A DNA stretch of 40,172 bases from a virus. Shown in pieces: positions 13,232 to 24,200 of the stretch. Under the pieces are notes generated by a model. It did not search any database, was not told where the DNA came from, and saw nothing but the letters and a program-made list of their open reading frames with translations. The DNA lies in the IMG/VR virus record IMGVR_UViG_3300045988_146023; one strand, written 5' to 3'. Positions within the stretch are counted from its first letter, which is position 1; the number at the start of each line of letters is the position of its first letter. Position numbers and translations under genes: made by a program.

Positions 13232-13252
13232 CCATAAAGGAGGGAACCGACT

Positions 13253-13702
13253 ATGCCCGCACCTACCACCACCGCCCAGCGCGTGTTTGACATTACCATG
13301 GGCCTGATCGACGAGGTCAACGAGAATTCCGGGGAGACGGACACTGCCGACACCAGAGAATACAAGGTGCGGACGCTGCTGATCCTGAACGCGCTGCGGG
13401 GTGAACTGTACCCCTACAGCGACACCTACGATGTGGAGACGGCGGGAGAGCGCCCCATTGTCTCGGTGATTCAGGACTTTGACACCCCCATCGACCTGGA
13501 CGATTACATTTGCCAGAGCGTGATGCCCTACGGCCTGGCGGCACACCTGCTGCTGGACGAAAACCCGGCCTCGGCCAGCTTTTTCCAGCAGCGATATGAA
13601 GAACTTCGGAACAACCTTTCCAAGGGCCTGCCGAAAACAGCGGAGGCCATCACCGACTGTTACGGCGTCGGCTTCGAGTACAACGAATTTTCCAGGTGGT
13701 GA
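13253..13702 (+). CDS. Head completion / adaptor protein (putative)
   Basis: 149 aa, between the capsid and large structural genes. No diagnostic motif was recognised. Confidence 0.4.
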   Translation: MPAPTTTAQRVFDITMGLIDEVNENSGETDTADTREYKVRTLLILNALRGELYPYSDTYDVETAGERPIVSVIQDFDTPIDLDDYICQSVMPYGLAAHLLLDENPASASFFQQRYEELRNNLSKGLPKTAEAITDCYGVGFEYNEFSRW

Positions 13703-13708
13703 TGCAGT

Positions 13709-15910
13709 ATGGCGGAAATCAAGGCAAGCAGCGACGAGAAGGTGTTTCGCGTCCATGAATTTCTAGGCCTGAATGAAAGCCCAGACGGCGACACAAAGCT
13801 GAAACTGGGCGAGGCATCGGTCATGCGGAATTTTAAGATTACCCGGGACCGTTCGTTGCAGAAGAGGCCGGGACTTGATTCTGTCGGAAGTATCGTCAAG
13901 GACAACGTCATTCAGATCTCTTCGTCTTCCACTGCCGTCCGTGTGGACAATAATGTTTCGAGCGCACTGCAACTGTACCCGAACGCCTCCCTTGTCAATG
14001 ATGAAATTGAACTTTCCGGGGACTACGTTAGCGTGACTTATGAGAACTGGGAGGATGCCAAATGGTTTTACTGGCATGGCACGGACAACAACTACTACCA
14101 GCTGGACCGGTGCGAAATGTCCGTTGATGGAGATACAACAACATACACTTGGTTTATGTACCTTGTGTCTGTCGTTCCTGCCGGGGATGCCGTCGCAAAC
14201 GTGAACGGGCTTTGGAGTGGCGTCGTGGGCGGGAAGAGAATGGTTGTTGGCTCTGTCGATGACGGAATTGTTCTTGTCTGGCACGAGGATGAAGGATTTG
14301 TATTCCGGGACATCGGGACTGTGAATTTGATCCGAGGAAAAGTAAGCGACATTACCTTTTTTGGCTTTTCCAACCGTCTATATATCCTTACCGGGAATAG
14401 TTACTACTATTGGGACGGAGAGGGGGATCTGACGCTTGTTATTTCCTATGAAGCGTATGCCCCCCTTGTTGCAGTATCAATCCCGCCGAACGGAAGCGGC
14501 GGAGGGGCGACTCTACAACAGATAAACAGCATTTCAAACATAGCTCGGGCGTGGCTCTCTCCAGAAGGAGAGGCGGACGTTCTTGGGGAATTACGTTTTC
14601 CGCTTCCAGGGACAACGGAACTTAGAGAAACCTTTATGGATGTTAGGTATTTAGCCACGGGAGAAAGTGTTCCATCCAATTCGTGGTATGTGGGCAATGA
14701 TCCCGATACAGGGTTGGAAAACATTATTGTAATTGCTGATGAGGCAGCGAAAAGAGGGCAGAACACGATAGAAGTCACATACAACATAGATAATAGTGTC
14801 CAATCCTATAACCCGTTTGATTCTTTTGGCGGCGTCCTTCCAGGCATGAAATATATAGAAATGTATAATGGGGCAACGGACTCAAGAATTTTTCTGTATG
14901 GAGATGGGACGAACAGAGTCTATTATTCCGATTTCGATGAAAACGGCGTTCCAAGGGCGGACTACTTCCCGGAGCTTAATGTGATCAATATAGGCTCGGA
15001 AAACACACCAGTCACCGGATTGATCCGGCACTACTCCCGCCTTATCGCATTCAAAGAGGATGAAGCGTACTCTATCCAATACGGAACCATCACGCTTCCG
15101 GACAACACCACTACGGCGGCCTTTTACTGCACACCAATCAACCGGAATCTGGGCAATGAAGCTATGGGACAGGCTCGTCTCGTTCTGAATTCCCCGTATA
15201 CCCTGTGCGGAAAAGACTTGTACGAGTGGAGAAACAACTCGTCCTACTCCAGCAACCTGACTATCGACGAACGGCAGGCCAAACGGATTTCCGATAGGGT
15301 ATACGCGACGCTTGCGACTTTTGAATTCTCCCGATGCTACTGCTACGACGATAAAGACCATCAGGAATACTATGTGTGCTACGACAAGAAGGCGCTTGTG
15401 TACAACTATGCAGCGGACGCTTGGTACTATTACACTAATTTTGACGTGACGCGCATGGTGAATCTGAATGGGGAGTTATATGCCGGAGATAGCCTTGGGA
15501 GACTGAACCTGGTATCTAGGAACAATCGGACAGACAACGGAACGGAAATCACCGGATACTGGGCTTCCGGGGCGGAACCCTTCGACCGGGAGTTTATGCG
15601 AAAATACTCCGCTATGCTTTGGGTGGTATTGAAACCGGAACTGCGTTCTCAAGTCACGGTGACAGTAGAGACGGACCGAAAGAGCGACCACAGCAAGAAG
15701 GTGGCAGCTTCTTCGGTATTCTCTTTTGGGAGCGCAGATTTTCGCCGGTGGTCTTTTAACACCAACCGAAAGCCGCACACCACGAGATTGAAAATCAAGG
15801 CAAAAAAATTCACCTATTACAAGTTGATCCTGGAATACTCCGGGACGAACACCACGGCGACGGTGGTTGCCGCAGATATGCGGATCCGGTACACCGGATA
15901 CGCCAAGTGA
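13709..15910 (+). CDS. Large virion structural protein (tail/nozzle candidate)
   Basis: 733 aa, beta-rich, with lower GC than its neighbours, located between the head genes and the fibre gene. The function is inferred from position only. Confidence 0.4.
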   Translation: MAEIKASSDEKVFRVHEFLGLNESPDGDTKLKLGEASVMRNFKITRDRSLQKRPGLDSVGSIVKDNVIQISSSSTAVRVDNNVSSALQLYPNASLVNDEIELSGDYVSVTYENWEDAKWFYWHGTDNNYYQLDRCEMSVDGDTTTYTWFMYLVSVVPAGDAVANVNGLWSGVVGGKRMVVGSVDDGIVLVWHEDEGFVFRDIGTVNLIRGKVSDITFFGFSNRLYILTGNSYYYWDGEGDLTLVISYEAYAPLVAVSIPPNGSGGGATLQQINSISNIARAWLSPEGEADVLGELRFPLPGTTELRETFMDVRYLATGESVPSNSWYVGNDPDTGLENIIVIADEAAKRGQNTIEVTYNIDNSVQSYNPFDSFGGVLPGMKYIEMYNGATDSRIFLYGDGTNRVYYSDFDENGVPRADYFPELNVINIGSENTPVTGLIRHYSRLIAFKEDEAYSIQYGTITLPDNTTTAAFYCTPINRNLGNEAMGQARLVLNSPYTLCGKDLYEWRNNSSYSSNLTIDERQAKRISDRVYATLATFEFSRCYCYDDKDHQEYYVCYDKKALVYNYAADAWYYYTNFDVTRMVNLNGELYAGDSLGRLNLVSRNNRTDNGTEITGYWASGAEPFDREFMRKYSAMLWVVLKPELRSQVTVTVETDRKSDHSKKVAASSVFSFGSADFRRWSFNTNRKPHTTRLKIKAKKFTYYKLILEYSGTNTTATVVAADMRIRYTGYAK

Positions 15911-15923
15911 GGAGGGCGAGAGA

Positions 15924-18056
15924 ATGAGCCTGAACCCTTTGAATGAGGATCTAAATATCATTTCCAGTTTGGTGATCCCGGAGTTGGACGAAGACCTCGA
16001 TGTCATCCAGAAACTGGATGACGAACCCAACGACGTTGGCGGTCTGACGGCGTCGGAACTCAAGGCGGAGTTTGACAAGGCCGGGAATATCATCAAGGAC
16101 TATATCAACAATGAATTACGCCCCAAACTCTCCGGCACCATTGCGGAAGAAGAAGAGCGGGAGGCTGCCGAGGCGGAGCGCGTTCAGGCCGAGCAGGGCC
16201 GTGTGACCGCAGAGAAAGGGAGAGTTTCTGCGGAGAAAAGCCGGGTTACTGCCGAACAAGGGCGGGCCAGCGCGGAGACTCTGCGAGGCCAGGCAGAGAC
16301 CGACCGGGCGGACGCGGAGGACGAAAGAATCTCTGCGGAGGAAGGCCGTGTCTCCGCAGAGCAGGCCCGGGTGCTGGCGGAACAGGGCCGAGTTTCTGCT
16401 GAACAGGAACGGGTTCAAGCGGAGAAGGAGAGAGAGGACGCCGAGCAGGCACGGGAGGATGCCACCACCGGCATTGTGGCCCAGGCCACCGTCCAGGCGA
16501 AAGCGGCGGCCCAGTCGGCGAAGGATGCAGCGGCGGCGCGGGACGCCATTGTTGACCTTGAGGTGGCCAGCACGGAACTGCCCGCAGGGTCCACCCCCAC
16601 GGTGACGAAATCCACCACCAGCACGGGAAATGTTTTGCTGACCTTCGGCCAGGTTCCTGGCCCCCAGGGCGTACAGGGGCAGACAGGCCCCCAAGGGCCT
16701 GCCGGGCCCCAGGGCGATCCAGGACCGCAGGGGCCCCAAGGCATCAAGGGCGACCCTGGAGACACTGGACCTCAAGGTTTGCAAGGCCCCCCTGGCGAGA
16801 AGGGAGACCCCGGCGCACAGGGCCCGAAGGGTGACCAGGGGGACCCCGGCCCCCAGGGCCCTAAAGGGGACAAGGGGGAAAAAGGCGACCCCGGCGACAC
16901 CGGTCCGACCGGATCGGAAGGTCCCCAAGGTCCGAAGGGAGACCCGGGCGACACCGGACCGGAGGGCCCTATGGGGCCCCAAGGACCCAAGGGAGATACG
17001 GGAACCGGGCTTGACATTAAGGGAACCTATGAGAGCCTAGAAGCCCTGCAGGCCGGTGTACAGAGCCCGGCGCAGGGAGACATGTACAATGTTGGCGCGG
17101 CGGCTCCCTACACCATCTACATGTGGGACACCACAGACACTCCGGGCTGGAAGAGCCAGGGGCAGCTGCAAGGGGCAAAGGGCGACCCCGGCCCGCAAGG
17201 GCCCAAAGGCGACACGGGGCCCCAGGGAGCAAAAGGCGATCCCGGGGCGGCTGCCGGATTTGGCAATGTCTCCGCCACGGTGGATGACGCAACAGGGACG
17301 CCCTATGTCGATGTGGAAACATCCGGCCCAGACTCGGCACTGAACATCTCCTTCGTCTTCCACAACTTGAAAGGTCCCACAGGACAAACAGGAGAGCAGG
17401 GCCCTGCCGGGGAAACTGGCCCCAAGGGAGATACCGGAGACCAGGGGCCGAAGGGGGATACTGGACCGGCGGGAGCAGACGGAGGATATTACTCCCCTGC
17501 CGTGGACAGTTCTGGGAACCTGAATTGGAATGCCAGCAAGGTCGGGATGCCGTCAATCCCCGAAACGAACATCCGAGGCCCACAGGGTCCGCAAGGCCCC
17601 GCAGGGGCTGACGGCGCTCCCGGCGCACAAGGTCCAGCAGGGCAGGATGGGGCTCCTGGCACTCCTGGTGCTGATGGTTCAGACGGAGCCGATGCCACCA
17701 TCAACGGTGTGAACGCCCTTACGATGAACGTGACAGGTGGCTTGAACGGTCAACAGATCGGGAACACCTACACCATTGACGGGAGTGGAAAAGCCGATAA
17801 GCCTATCAAGGTTTCTATCTCTATCCCAACATCAGGTTGGACAAACAACAAACAGACCTTCGCTGTGCCAGGCGTTCCGTCAAACTCGACTACATACGAA
17901 GTGCATCTAGCCCAAGTGGGCGCAACCAACGTCGAAGCGGCAATGGCTTGCGGCCTCTATATTTCGGACGAGGCTCAGGATAGCCTAACCTTGGCAGTAA
18001 GCAGTGTGCCGACGAGTAGTTTTACTGTGTATGTCGTGATCCAGTTGTTAGCATAG
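15924..18056 (+). CDS. Collagen-like tail fibre protein
   Basis: SD GAGGAGGG precedes ATG 15924. It contains an AE-rich repeat region ([29 protein letters not shown]...), four Gly-X-Y tracts and a non-repetitive, lower-GC C-terminal domain. Confidence 0.8.
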   Translation: MSLNPLNEDLNIISSLVIPELDEDLDVIQKLDDEPNDVGGLTASELKAEFDKAGNIIKDYINNELRPKLSGTIAEEEEREAAEAERVQAEQGRVTAEKGRVSAEKSRVTAEQGRASAETLRGQAETDRADAEDERISAEEGRVSAEQARVLAEQGRVSAEQERVQAEKEREDAEQAREDATTGIVAQATVQAKAAAQSAKDAAAARDAIVDLEVASTELPAGSTPTVTKSTTSTGNVLLTFGQVPGPQGVQGQTGPQGPAGPQGDPGPQGPQGIKGDPGDTGPQGLQGPPGEKGDPGAQGPKGDQGDPGPQGPKGDKGEKGDPGDTGPTGSEGPQGPKGDPGDTGPEGPMGPQGPKGDTGTGLDIKGTYESLEALQAGVQSPAQGDMYNVGAAAPYTIYMWDTTDTPGWKSQGQLQGAKGDPGPQGPKGDTGPQGAKGDPGAAAGFGNVSATVDDATGTPYVDVETSGPDSALNISFVFHNLKGPTGQTGEQGPAGETGPKGDTGDQGPKGDTGPAGADGGYYSPAVDSSGNLNWNASKVGMPSIPETNIRGPQGPQGPAGADGAPGAQGPAGQDGAPGTPGADGSDGADATINGVNALTMNVTGGLNGQQIGNTYTIDGSGKADKPIKVSISIPTSGWTNNKQTFAVPGVPSNSTTYEVHLAQVGATNVEAAMACGLYISDEAQDSLTLAVSSVPTSSFTVYVVIQLLA
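16659..17007 (+). repeat. Collagen triple-helix (GXY) tract 1, the longest
   Basis: [40 protein letters not shown]...GPKGDTGTG, in frame with 15924. Confidence 0.9.
17172..17246 (+). repeat. GXY tract 2
   Basis: [25 protein letters not shown]. Confidence 0.85.
17373..17486 (+). repeat. GXY tract 3
   Basis: [38 protein letters not shown]. Confidence 0.85.
17577..17687 (+). repeat. GXY tract 4
   Basis: [37 protein letters not shown]. Confidence 0.85.
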
Positions 18057-18066
18057 GGAGGGATTT

Positions 18067-18411
18067 GTGGTGATTCGAAATCCGATTGTTGTAGGTAGCG
18101 GCGGAAACACGGAGAATGTCCCTGTTACCTTTAAATATGGTCCAGCAATTGTTTATTGCTATTACTCAACAATAGAAAACGGCTCTATCATCGAAAAACA
18201 TTTGAATGTTTCTGGTCAAACCATCTCAGCCGCTAAAGGAAGCATTATTGTTGCATTTACAACCACTCCCTACGAGGCGTTGTTGAACGCAAGTGGGGCT
18301 AGGACGATTGCGACGTTTTATAATGTCCCAGGAGAGGACATGGATATAGGTGAATTTACGGTTGTATCAACGCAGACATTCACCGTAAGGGTTTACGAGG
18401 CAACCGGATAA
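18067..18411 (+). CDS. Hypothetical protein (114 aa), possible fibre accessory protein
   Basis: Starts at GTG after SD GGGAGGG. It is markedly AT-richer than the genome and adjacent to the fibre C-terminus. Confidence 0.5.
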   Translation: MVIRNPIVVGSGGNTENVPVTFKYGPAIVYCYYSTIENGSIIEKHLNVSGQTISAAKGSIIVAFTTTPYEALLNASGARTIATFYNVPGEDMDIGEFTVVSTQTFTVRVYEATG

Positions 18412-18509
18412 ATGTTTACTTCCTGTGTTTTTAGTTGTTTTCACTCCCTTCGTTCGCTTGTCGGCAATTATTTTTCTGTTGTTGCCTGATCCCCTATTTA
18501 ATATACGTC

Positions 18510-18526
18510 CAGTATATGATATACTG
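18510..18526. promoter_or_regulatory. 17-bp palindrome containing an extended -10 (TGATATACT)
   Basis: CAGTATAT-G-ATATACTG is a perfect inverted repeat. It lies in the only AT-rich intergenic gap of the late operon, 65 nt upstream of ATG 18591. Confidence 0.45.
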
Positions 18527-18590
18527 TATGTATACCTATGGTAAGTGCGCATAGCTATGGGAAAAATCTTACTACAAAGGAGAATGGATT

Positions 18591-19109
18591 ATGGAGTATG
18601 CAAGCAAAGGTGTGGCCGGGGCCGGTCTGGGCCTCGGGATCGCAGGTACCGCTCTGGGCCTGCTGAATGGCGGCGCTGGTCTGCTGGGCGCTCACATGGC
18701 AAACGCAGGCAGCAACACTGCCGCTGCCTGTTCTGAGAACCAGCCGGTGAACCGCTACGAGATGACCCTGACCCAGGCGATTTCCTCCAAGGACGGGGAG
18801 ATTGCCCTGCTCAAGTCTGAGCGGTACACCGACGAGCGTCTGGTGGAGGTCTACAAGGACCTGAACCGCCAGATCAACGCTGTGAATGAGAAGATCCAGG
18901 CCAACCGGGACGAGCAGAACGCCGTGAACTGCCAGCAGGCGGTGTTCAACGGCACCATGACCTCCACCGTGGGCTGCCTCCAGCAGCAGATTGCCTGCCT
19001 GCAGAGCCTGACCAAGGTGGTCATCCCCAAGGACAGTGTCTGTCCTGAACCCATGGACCGGTACAACAGCTGGACCGCACCCACCACCGGCGGCGCTGCC
19101 ACGGCTTGA
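18591..19109 (+). CDS. Hypothetical protein with a Gly-rich hydrophobic N-terminus and a coiled coil
   Basis: 172 aa: GVAGAGLGLGIAGTALGLLNGGAGLLGA followed by a coiled coil. It has its own promoter-like element and terminator. Confidence 0.6.
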   Translation: MEYASKGVAGAGLGLGIAGTALGLLNGGAGLLGAHMANAGSNTAAACSENQPVNRYEMTLTQAISSKDGEIALLKSERYTDERLVEVYKDLNRQINAVNEKIQANRDEQNAVNCQQAVFNGTMTSTVGCLQQQIACLQSLTKVVIPKDSVCPEPMDRYNSWTAPTTGGAATA

Positions 19110-19117
19110 GGCGACCA

Positions 19118-19155
19118 GGGAGGGGCGGGGCAACCTGCCCCTTCCTTCTTTTCTG
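19118..19155 (+). terminator. Rho-independent terminator
   Basis: GGGAGGGG (19118-19125) pairs with CCCCTTCC (19138-19145), followed by TTCTTTTCT. Confidence 0.6.
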
Positions 19156-19170
19156 TAAGGAGGGACGAGG

Positions 19171-19485
19171 ATGGAATCCATGGAACAGGTGAAGCGGGGG
19201 ATCGCCGTCTTCATCGACCGGGAAATTGTGCCGGTGATGCCGAAGTGGAAGGGGATCCTGTTCGCTGCAGGGGCACCCCTGGTCATCGAGCAAAAGGCAA
19301 AAGAGCTGCCGGAAAACCCCATCGCCCAGGCGCTGGGGGTGTTCGACGGAGACATGGTAGACGTGGACAAGGTGTATTCCGCCATCAAAGAGAAGGCCAG
19401 CGGGAAGTGGCCGGTGGAGATCTCCAACTTCAAGATGAATGAGGCGGACTTCGACAAACTGTATCAGTACATCAAGGAGGCGTGA
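19171..19485 (+). CDS. Hypothetical protein (104 aa)
   Basis: SD AAGGAGGG precedes ATG 19171. No motif was recognised. Confidence 0.6.
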   Translation: MESMEQVKRGIAVFIDREIVPVMPKWKGILFAAGAPLVIEQKAKELPENPIAQALGVFDGDMVDVDKVYSAIKEKASGKWPVEISNFKMNEADFDKLYQYIKEA

Positions 19486-19489
19486 GAGC

Positions 19490-19792
19490 ATGGAGACAAT
19501 GGACATTCTGGTGGCGCGGTACAAGCTCTGCATGGAGGAATTGACCGATGCGCAGAAGTACCTCCGCCTCGCCAAAGAGTGCGGGGAGCAGGAGGGCCGA
19601 GACATGTTTCTCTCCCTGGCCGGGCAAGAGCTGGGGCACTACGATACCCTATGCCGCAGCGGGGAGAAGATCCTGGACCGCAACCACGGGACCGAGGAAC
19701 AGAGGACCGTCTGGGGTGCGCTGATGAGCACGTCCGGCGACTGGGCAGCTGAACTCCGGGAGAAGCTTGACCGGGTTCGCCATACAAACTAA
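19490..19792 (+). CDS. Hypothetical helical protein (100 aa)
   Basis: SD AAGGAGG lies upstream of ATG 19490 (METMDILVARYKLCMEELTDAQKYL...). Confidence 0.55.
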   Translation: METMDILVARYKLCMEELTDAQKYLRLAKECGEQEGRDMFLSLAGQELGHYDTLCRSGEKILDRNHGTEEQRTVWGALMSTSGDWAAELREKLDRVRHTN

Positions 19793-19812
19793 ATGAGAAA
19801 AGGGGGAGCGTT

Positions 19813-21240
19813 ATGCCCACGACCACTACGAAACAGAACACCAATGCGGTGAACATAACCAATGCCCCAGTGACTGCCGGGGGCACATCGGCTGCGGCCA
19901 GAACCACCAATGGGCTTGCCACGCAGGGGTCGAACGGGAGCATCGCTCCCCTTTCCTCTGCGTCTGGGAGCCAGGCTTCCAGCACCACCCAGACGGGCAA
20001 CGGCAGTGTGACCACCCCAAGTACCGGCACTGGAACCACAGGGAACGGGGCCTACAACACCCCTAGCGGGTACTATGAGACGGGCCGGTATGTCAATGTT
20101 GCCGAAGGGGGCAACGCCCCGGCGGGGACCAACATCGGCGACACCGTCATCACCGCCGGGGGCAATTACCTGGTGGTAAACCCCAACACGCCGGGGGCAA
20201 GCTACAACCCCACCAACGGGCTGTGGTCCATTAAGGTTCCCTCTCGGGCCACCAGCGGAACGGTGGACGCCAACGGGAACTACATCCCCATGGGCACCTG
20301 GATGGACCAGGGGCTTTCGGAGAGCGATAAGGCGAAGATTGAATCCCTCCAGGCGGCCTGGGAGCAGGCCAACATGCGGGGGGACGAAGCCCTCAAGCAG
20401 CAGCTTCACGCGGCGGCCCAGGCGATCCGGGAGAAGTACGGCTATTCCGGCGGCGGCGACGGGTCCATGTACCTGCCCATTGAACTGCCGGAGGGGCACC
20501 TACCCAACGTGGGCCTGCCCAACGTGACGCTGCCCAGCTACGAGGCACAGATTGATCCTACTAACGACGTATACGACGCTGCGCTGGATGCAGCCATTGC
20601 GGGGCTACAGAACGCCTACGACCAGTCCCGGCTGGAAATTGAGCACGCCATGTCCGGGATCCCCCAGCAGTACCAGGACCAGAGGAACGCGGTGGCCGCT
20701 CAGTCGGAGCGGGACAGGCTTCGGTGGAATGAGTACGCCGCTGCTACGGGTCTGGGCTCCGGGGTGAATGGGCAGGCCAGCCTGGCCTTTTCCACCCAGC
20801 TGCAAAACGACCTTGGGTCGCTGCGGCGCGGCGAGGCGGATGCCATTGCGGACATGCAGCTCCAGCTGAACCAGTTGGAGGTGAGCTATCAGAACTCCAT
20901 TGCGGAAGCCATTGCCAACAACGAGTACGAGAGAGCCGCCGCCCTGCTGGAGGAATACCGGCAGCAGGCACAGAGCGTGGTGGACACCGCCCAGCTCCAG
21001 GCCCAGCTGGACACCGACCGCTGGCTGAACCAGGCATACCTGGACCAGGATATCGCCGACTTCAACCAGAACGCCGACCAGCAGAACTACCAGGAACTGC
21101 TGGACCGGGCGGAGACGCTGGCGGCCTTCGGCAACTTCTCCGGGTACCTGGCCCTGGGGTATTCCCAGGATCAGGTGGAACAGATGAGAAAGGCGTGGGC
21201 GGCCATGAACCCGAACCTTGCCGCATATGCCACCGCATAA
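19813..21240 (+). CDS. Virion-associated protein (475 aa) with a Thr/Gly/Ser-rich N-terminus
   Basis: SD GGGGGAG. The N-terminal ~130 aa are low-complexity and the C-terminal half is Q/A-rich and helical. No function was recognised. Confidence 0.6.
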   Translation: MPTTTTKQNTNAVNITNAPVTAGGTSAAARTTNGLATQGSNGSIAPLSSASGSQASSTTQTGNGSVTTPSTGTGTTGNGAYNTPSGYYETGRYVNVAEGGNAPAGTNIGDTVITAGGNYLVVNPNTPGASYNPTNGLWSIKVPSRATSGTVDANGNYIPMGTWMDQGLSESDKAKIESLQAAWEQANMRGDEALKQQLHAAAQAIREKYGYSGGGDGSMYLPIELPEGHLPNVGLPNVTLPSYEAQIDPTNDVYDAALDAAIAGLQNAYDQSRLEIEHAMSGIPQQYQDQRNAVAAQSERDRLRWNEYAAATGLGSGVNGQASLAFSTQLQNDLGSLRRGEADAIADMQLQLNQLEVSYQNSIAEAIANNEYERAAALLEEYRQQAQSVVDTAQLQAQLDTDRWLNQAYLDQDIADFNQNADQQNYQELLDRAETLAAFGNFSGYLALGYSQDQVEQMRKAWAAMNPNLAAYATA

Positions 21241-21252
21241 GGAGGGATTCCC

Positions 21253-24200
21253 TTGCCGTTGAACATGAAACTTGGCGTGATGACGCCGGACGAATGGCTC
21301 CAAAACACCGTTGGCCAGGCGAACAAGAACAAGGGAAATTCTTCCAGTTCCAGTAAAAAGCCCTCTTCCAATCCGGCAAAATCATCTTCCAGCAAGAACA
21401 ACGGGGTGTTTACCGGAAACTTTGCAAAGGACTTCGAGACCCGGAAGAACATTCAAAAGAAGCAAAATTCCTATGGAGCGAAGCTAGGTAAGGCAGCATA
21501 CGACACCCAGGCAAAGCGGCTCCAGGATAAAATTGACAGCGCCAGAGACGGAAATGCCCGGACGCGGTACCAAAATCAGTTGGCGGAACTGCGTGCTCGG
21601 GCAAACGCTACCCTTCCCGGCGGCCTTGCTGGGATGGAGGAGGCGGAGGAAAGGGAAACCTCCGCCGCACAGCGCCGAGCCCCCCGGGAGCAGCGAGAGC
21701 GTCAGGCGAAGATTGACGCACTGAACGAAAAGTTAAGCAAGACCACAGACCGCCGGACCCGGGCGGCTTACCGGCAGGAGATCCGAGACCTGGAATACCC
21801 TCTGAGTGCATCGGACCAGCGGTTGGGCCACCTCTCCCGAGACATTATCCAGGATGCCAAGGAGCAGTATGACGAGGGAACGCAGCTGATCCGGGAAGGG
21901 TTTGAGGAAGAGGGGCGGCGGATCCAGGAGCAGGCCCACCTCATGGCGGAGTACCAGCGGGCATTGGCCGGGTATTCCGGCGGCGGAAGCGGGGAGGACC
22001 GCTTTGTCCCTGAACTGACCGCGCAGGAAAACCAGATTATGACCGCCGAAGGAAAGCAGGCCCTTCGTGCGGCCAAACGGCTGTATGAACTGGGGGAAGA
22101 GACCGGAAACGAGGAACTGAAAGAGACGGGCCGGATCCTGGGGCAGAATGTCCGTCTAACCCAGAACAGCTACGACCTGGACAAGATCCGGGAATTGCGG
22201 TCTAAAGAGCCCACCGTGAAACGCACCGACGCCCACGGGCGGCCGATTTACACCCCCACGGAACTGGAGGCAGAGGGGCAGAGGAACTTTTTTCCCGCCA
22301 TTTGGAATCAGATTACAGGCTCCCTCCTCAGCCTTGGAGAGGCTGCCCATGCCGCCACGCGGGAGGCCATCAGCAACCGGAACAATACAGCATACCAGAG
22401 CAACCAGGATGCCGCTGCTTACTGGGACAGACAGGCCAGAACGGCCCAGACAGAGGAAGCCAGAAAACAGGCGGAAGAGAACGCCCAGAAGGCTCGGGAG
22501 ATGGTAGAACAACTCCGGGCCAAGGAGGAAGTGCATCCCTGGTCGGAGGGCCAGTGGAGGCTTCGCCAGGCGGCCCAGCAGCAGGAAACGGTACAGAACA
22601 GCATCGACAGCCCCTTTGGGCGGCTGGTGAACCAGGCCGCCATGTCTGCCCTGGGGATGGCCCCGGCCCTGGGCCTTTCCGCCGTGGCCGGTCCTGCTGC
22701 CGGTGCCGCGCTGATGGGTGCCCAGGCCGCAGGCGGCAAGGCCGGAGAACTGCTGTCCAGAGGGGAGTCTGGCACGGAGGCCCTTGGACGCGGTCTTGTC
22801 TCTGGTGCCATTGAAGGAGTTACGGAGAAAATCCCCATCGGGAACCTGGTGCGCATTGCCAGGGGCGCCGGCGGTGCATCCTGGCTGCGGAACATGGCTC
22901 GTCAAGCAGGGATTGAGGCCACGGAGGAATCGGCATCCTATGCCCTGAACTATGCCGCCGACGTGGCGGCCAGGGACCCGGAGGCGGAATTTTCTCTGCA
23001 AGACCTGTTGGAAGGGGCGGCTGTGGGTGCCCTTACCGGCGGGGCATTGGGCGGCGGCGCGTCCGCGCTTTCGGGCGGGACCACGGCTGCCAGGGGAAGA
23101 ACCAGAGGAGGGACTGCCGCCGCGCAGGACGCAGCTAGACGGGCGGTACAGGAGGTCACCCGGGAGACCCAGGCGCAAATGCCGAGCGCCCCAGAGAACC
23201 CTCTGCTCCAGACTATCCAGGAGACCCGACGGGAACAGGAGCAGGCGGCGAGAATGGAGCCGGAGGAACCCCAGGGGCCCCAGTCGGTCCTCAATCAGGT
23301 GGTGGAACAGGCTGCCGCTGAGCGGAACGCCAGACGGGAGGCAGATACGGCCCCCGCACAGGAAGCGCCTCAAACCCTGGCGGAACGGGAAGCCAGATAC
23401 CAGCAGCGGTACCAGGACTATATGCAGCGGGCCCGGGCCGCAGCGGAGGACCCGTCTCTGCAAACGCCTGAGAATTACCAGGCGCTGCGGTTGGAACTGG
23501 ATGAGATCCAGAATGAGTACAACGGGATCCTCCAGGCCCGGCGGGTAGAGTCCGGGGAGGTTTCCACAGACTACAACACCCCGGAAAACCATATCGACAA
23601 CCGGACCACCGAGGATGTGGAAAACCGGTCCGTCAAAGCCTTCCAGTTTGACTATCCCCAGCTGCACCCCTACTATGTCCAGGCGGCCCAGGCTCTGATG
23701 GAGGACGCCAACTGGAGCCTGGAAACCCAGAGTAACCAGAAGGGCAAGGGGACGGTGGCCCGGTATTCCGAGGCCCTGGAGCGGGCGGCGAACCTGGGCC
23801 TCTCCCGCCAGGAGATCATCCGGGTGTGCCAGGACATTATTACAGACCGGGGGCAGGAGAACTACGCCGCCGCCAAGAAGGTGGAACTGATCCTGGACCA
23901 GATGCTTTCGGAGGGATACACCCCCAACGAAGCCCTGGGGAACCCGGACCAGCGGGTGGGCCCTAATGAAGCCTATCTACAGACGAAGGAGGCCATTCCC
24001 GGGGCGGTGACAAGGGATTCCTTCGAGCACTACCTGCGGCAAAATGCACTTGCCATGGATGCCGGGGAGGTGACGGAGGAGCAGCTTCGGCAGGAGTGGG
24101 AGGCGCGAAGAACAAACGAAGAGAGCGATGGTATGTCCTTCTGGACCGGCGCCCGTCAAGGCAGCTCCGGAGACATAACATCGCCCTCTGCGAACAGAGT

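Noticed and set aside
16659-17687. Repetitive DNA as a possible CRISPR array (also 34422-34487)
   Set aside because: The periodicity is 9 nt (GXY codons) or 6 nt within ORFs. There is no repeat-spacer architecture and there are no cas genes.
19721-19728. CUGAUGAG inside the 19490-19792 coding region
   Set aside because: No downstream GAAA or cleavage-site helix is present. It is a coincidental match within a gene.
11149-23667. Other long antisense ORFs (11149-12141, 12506-13756, 16116-16982, 18555-19457, 19789-20499, 20605-21303, 22156-23667)
   Set aside because: All lie opposite well-supported late genes and have junk-like composition without SDs. They are GC-driven open frames.
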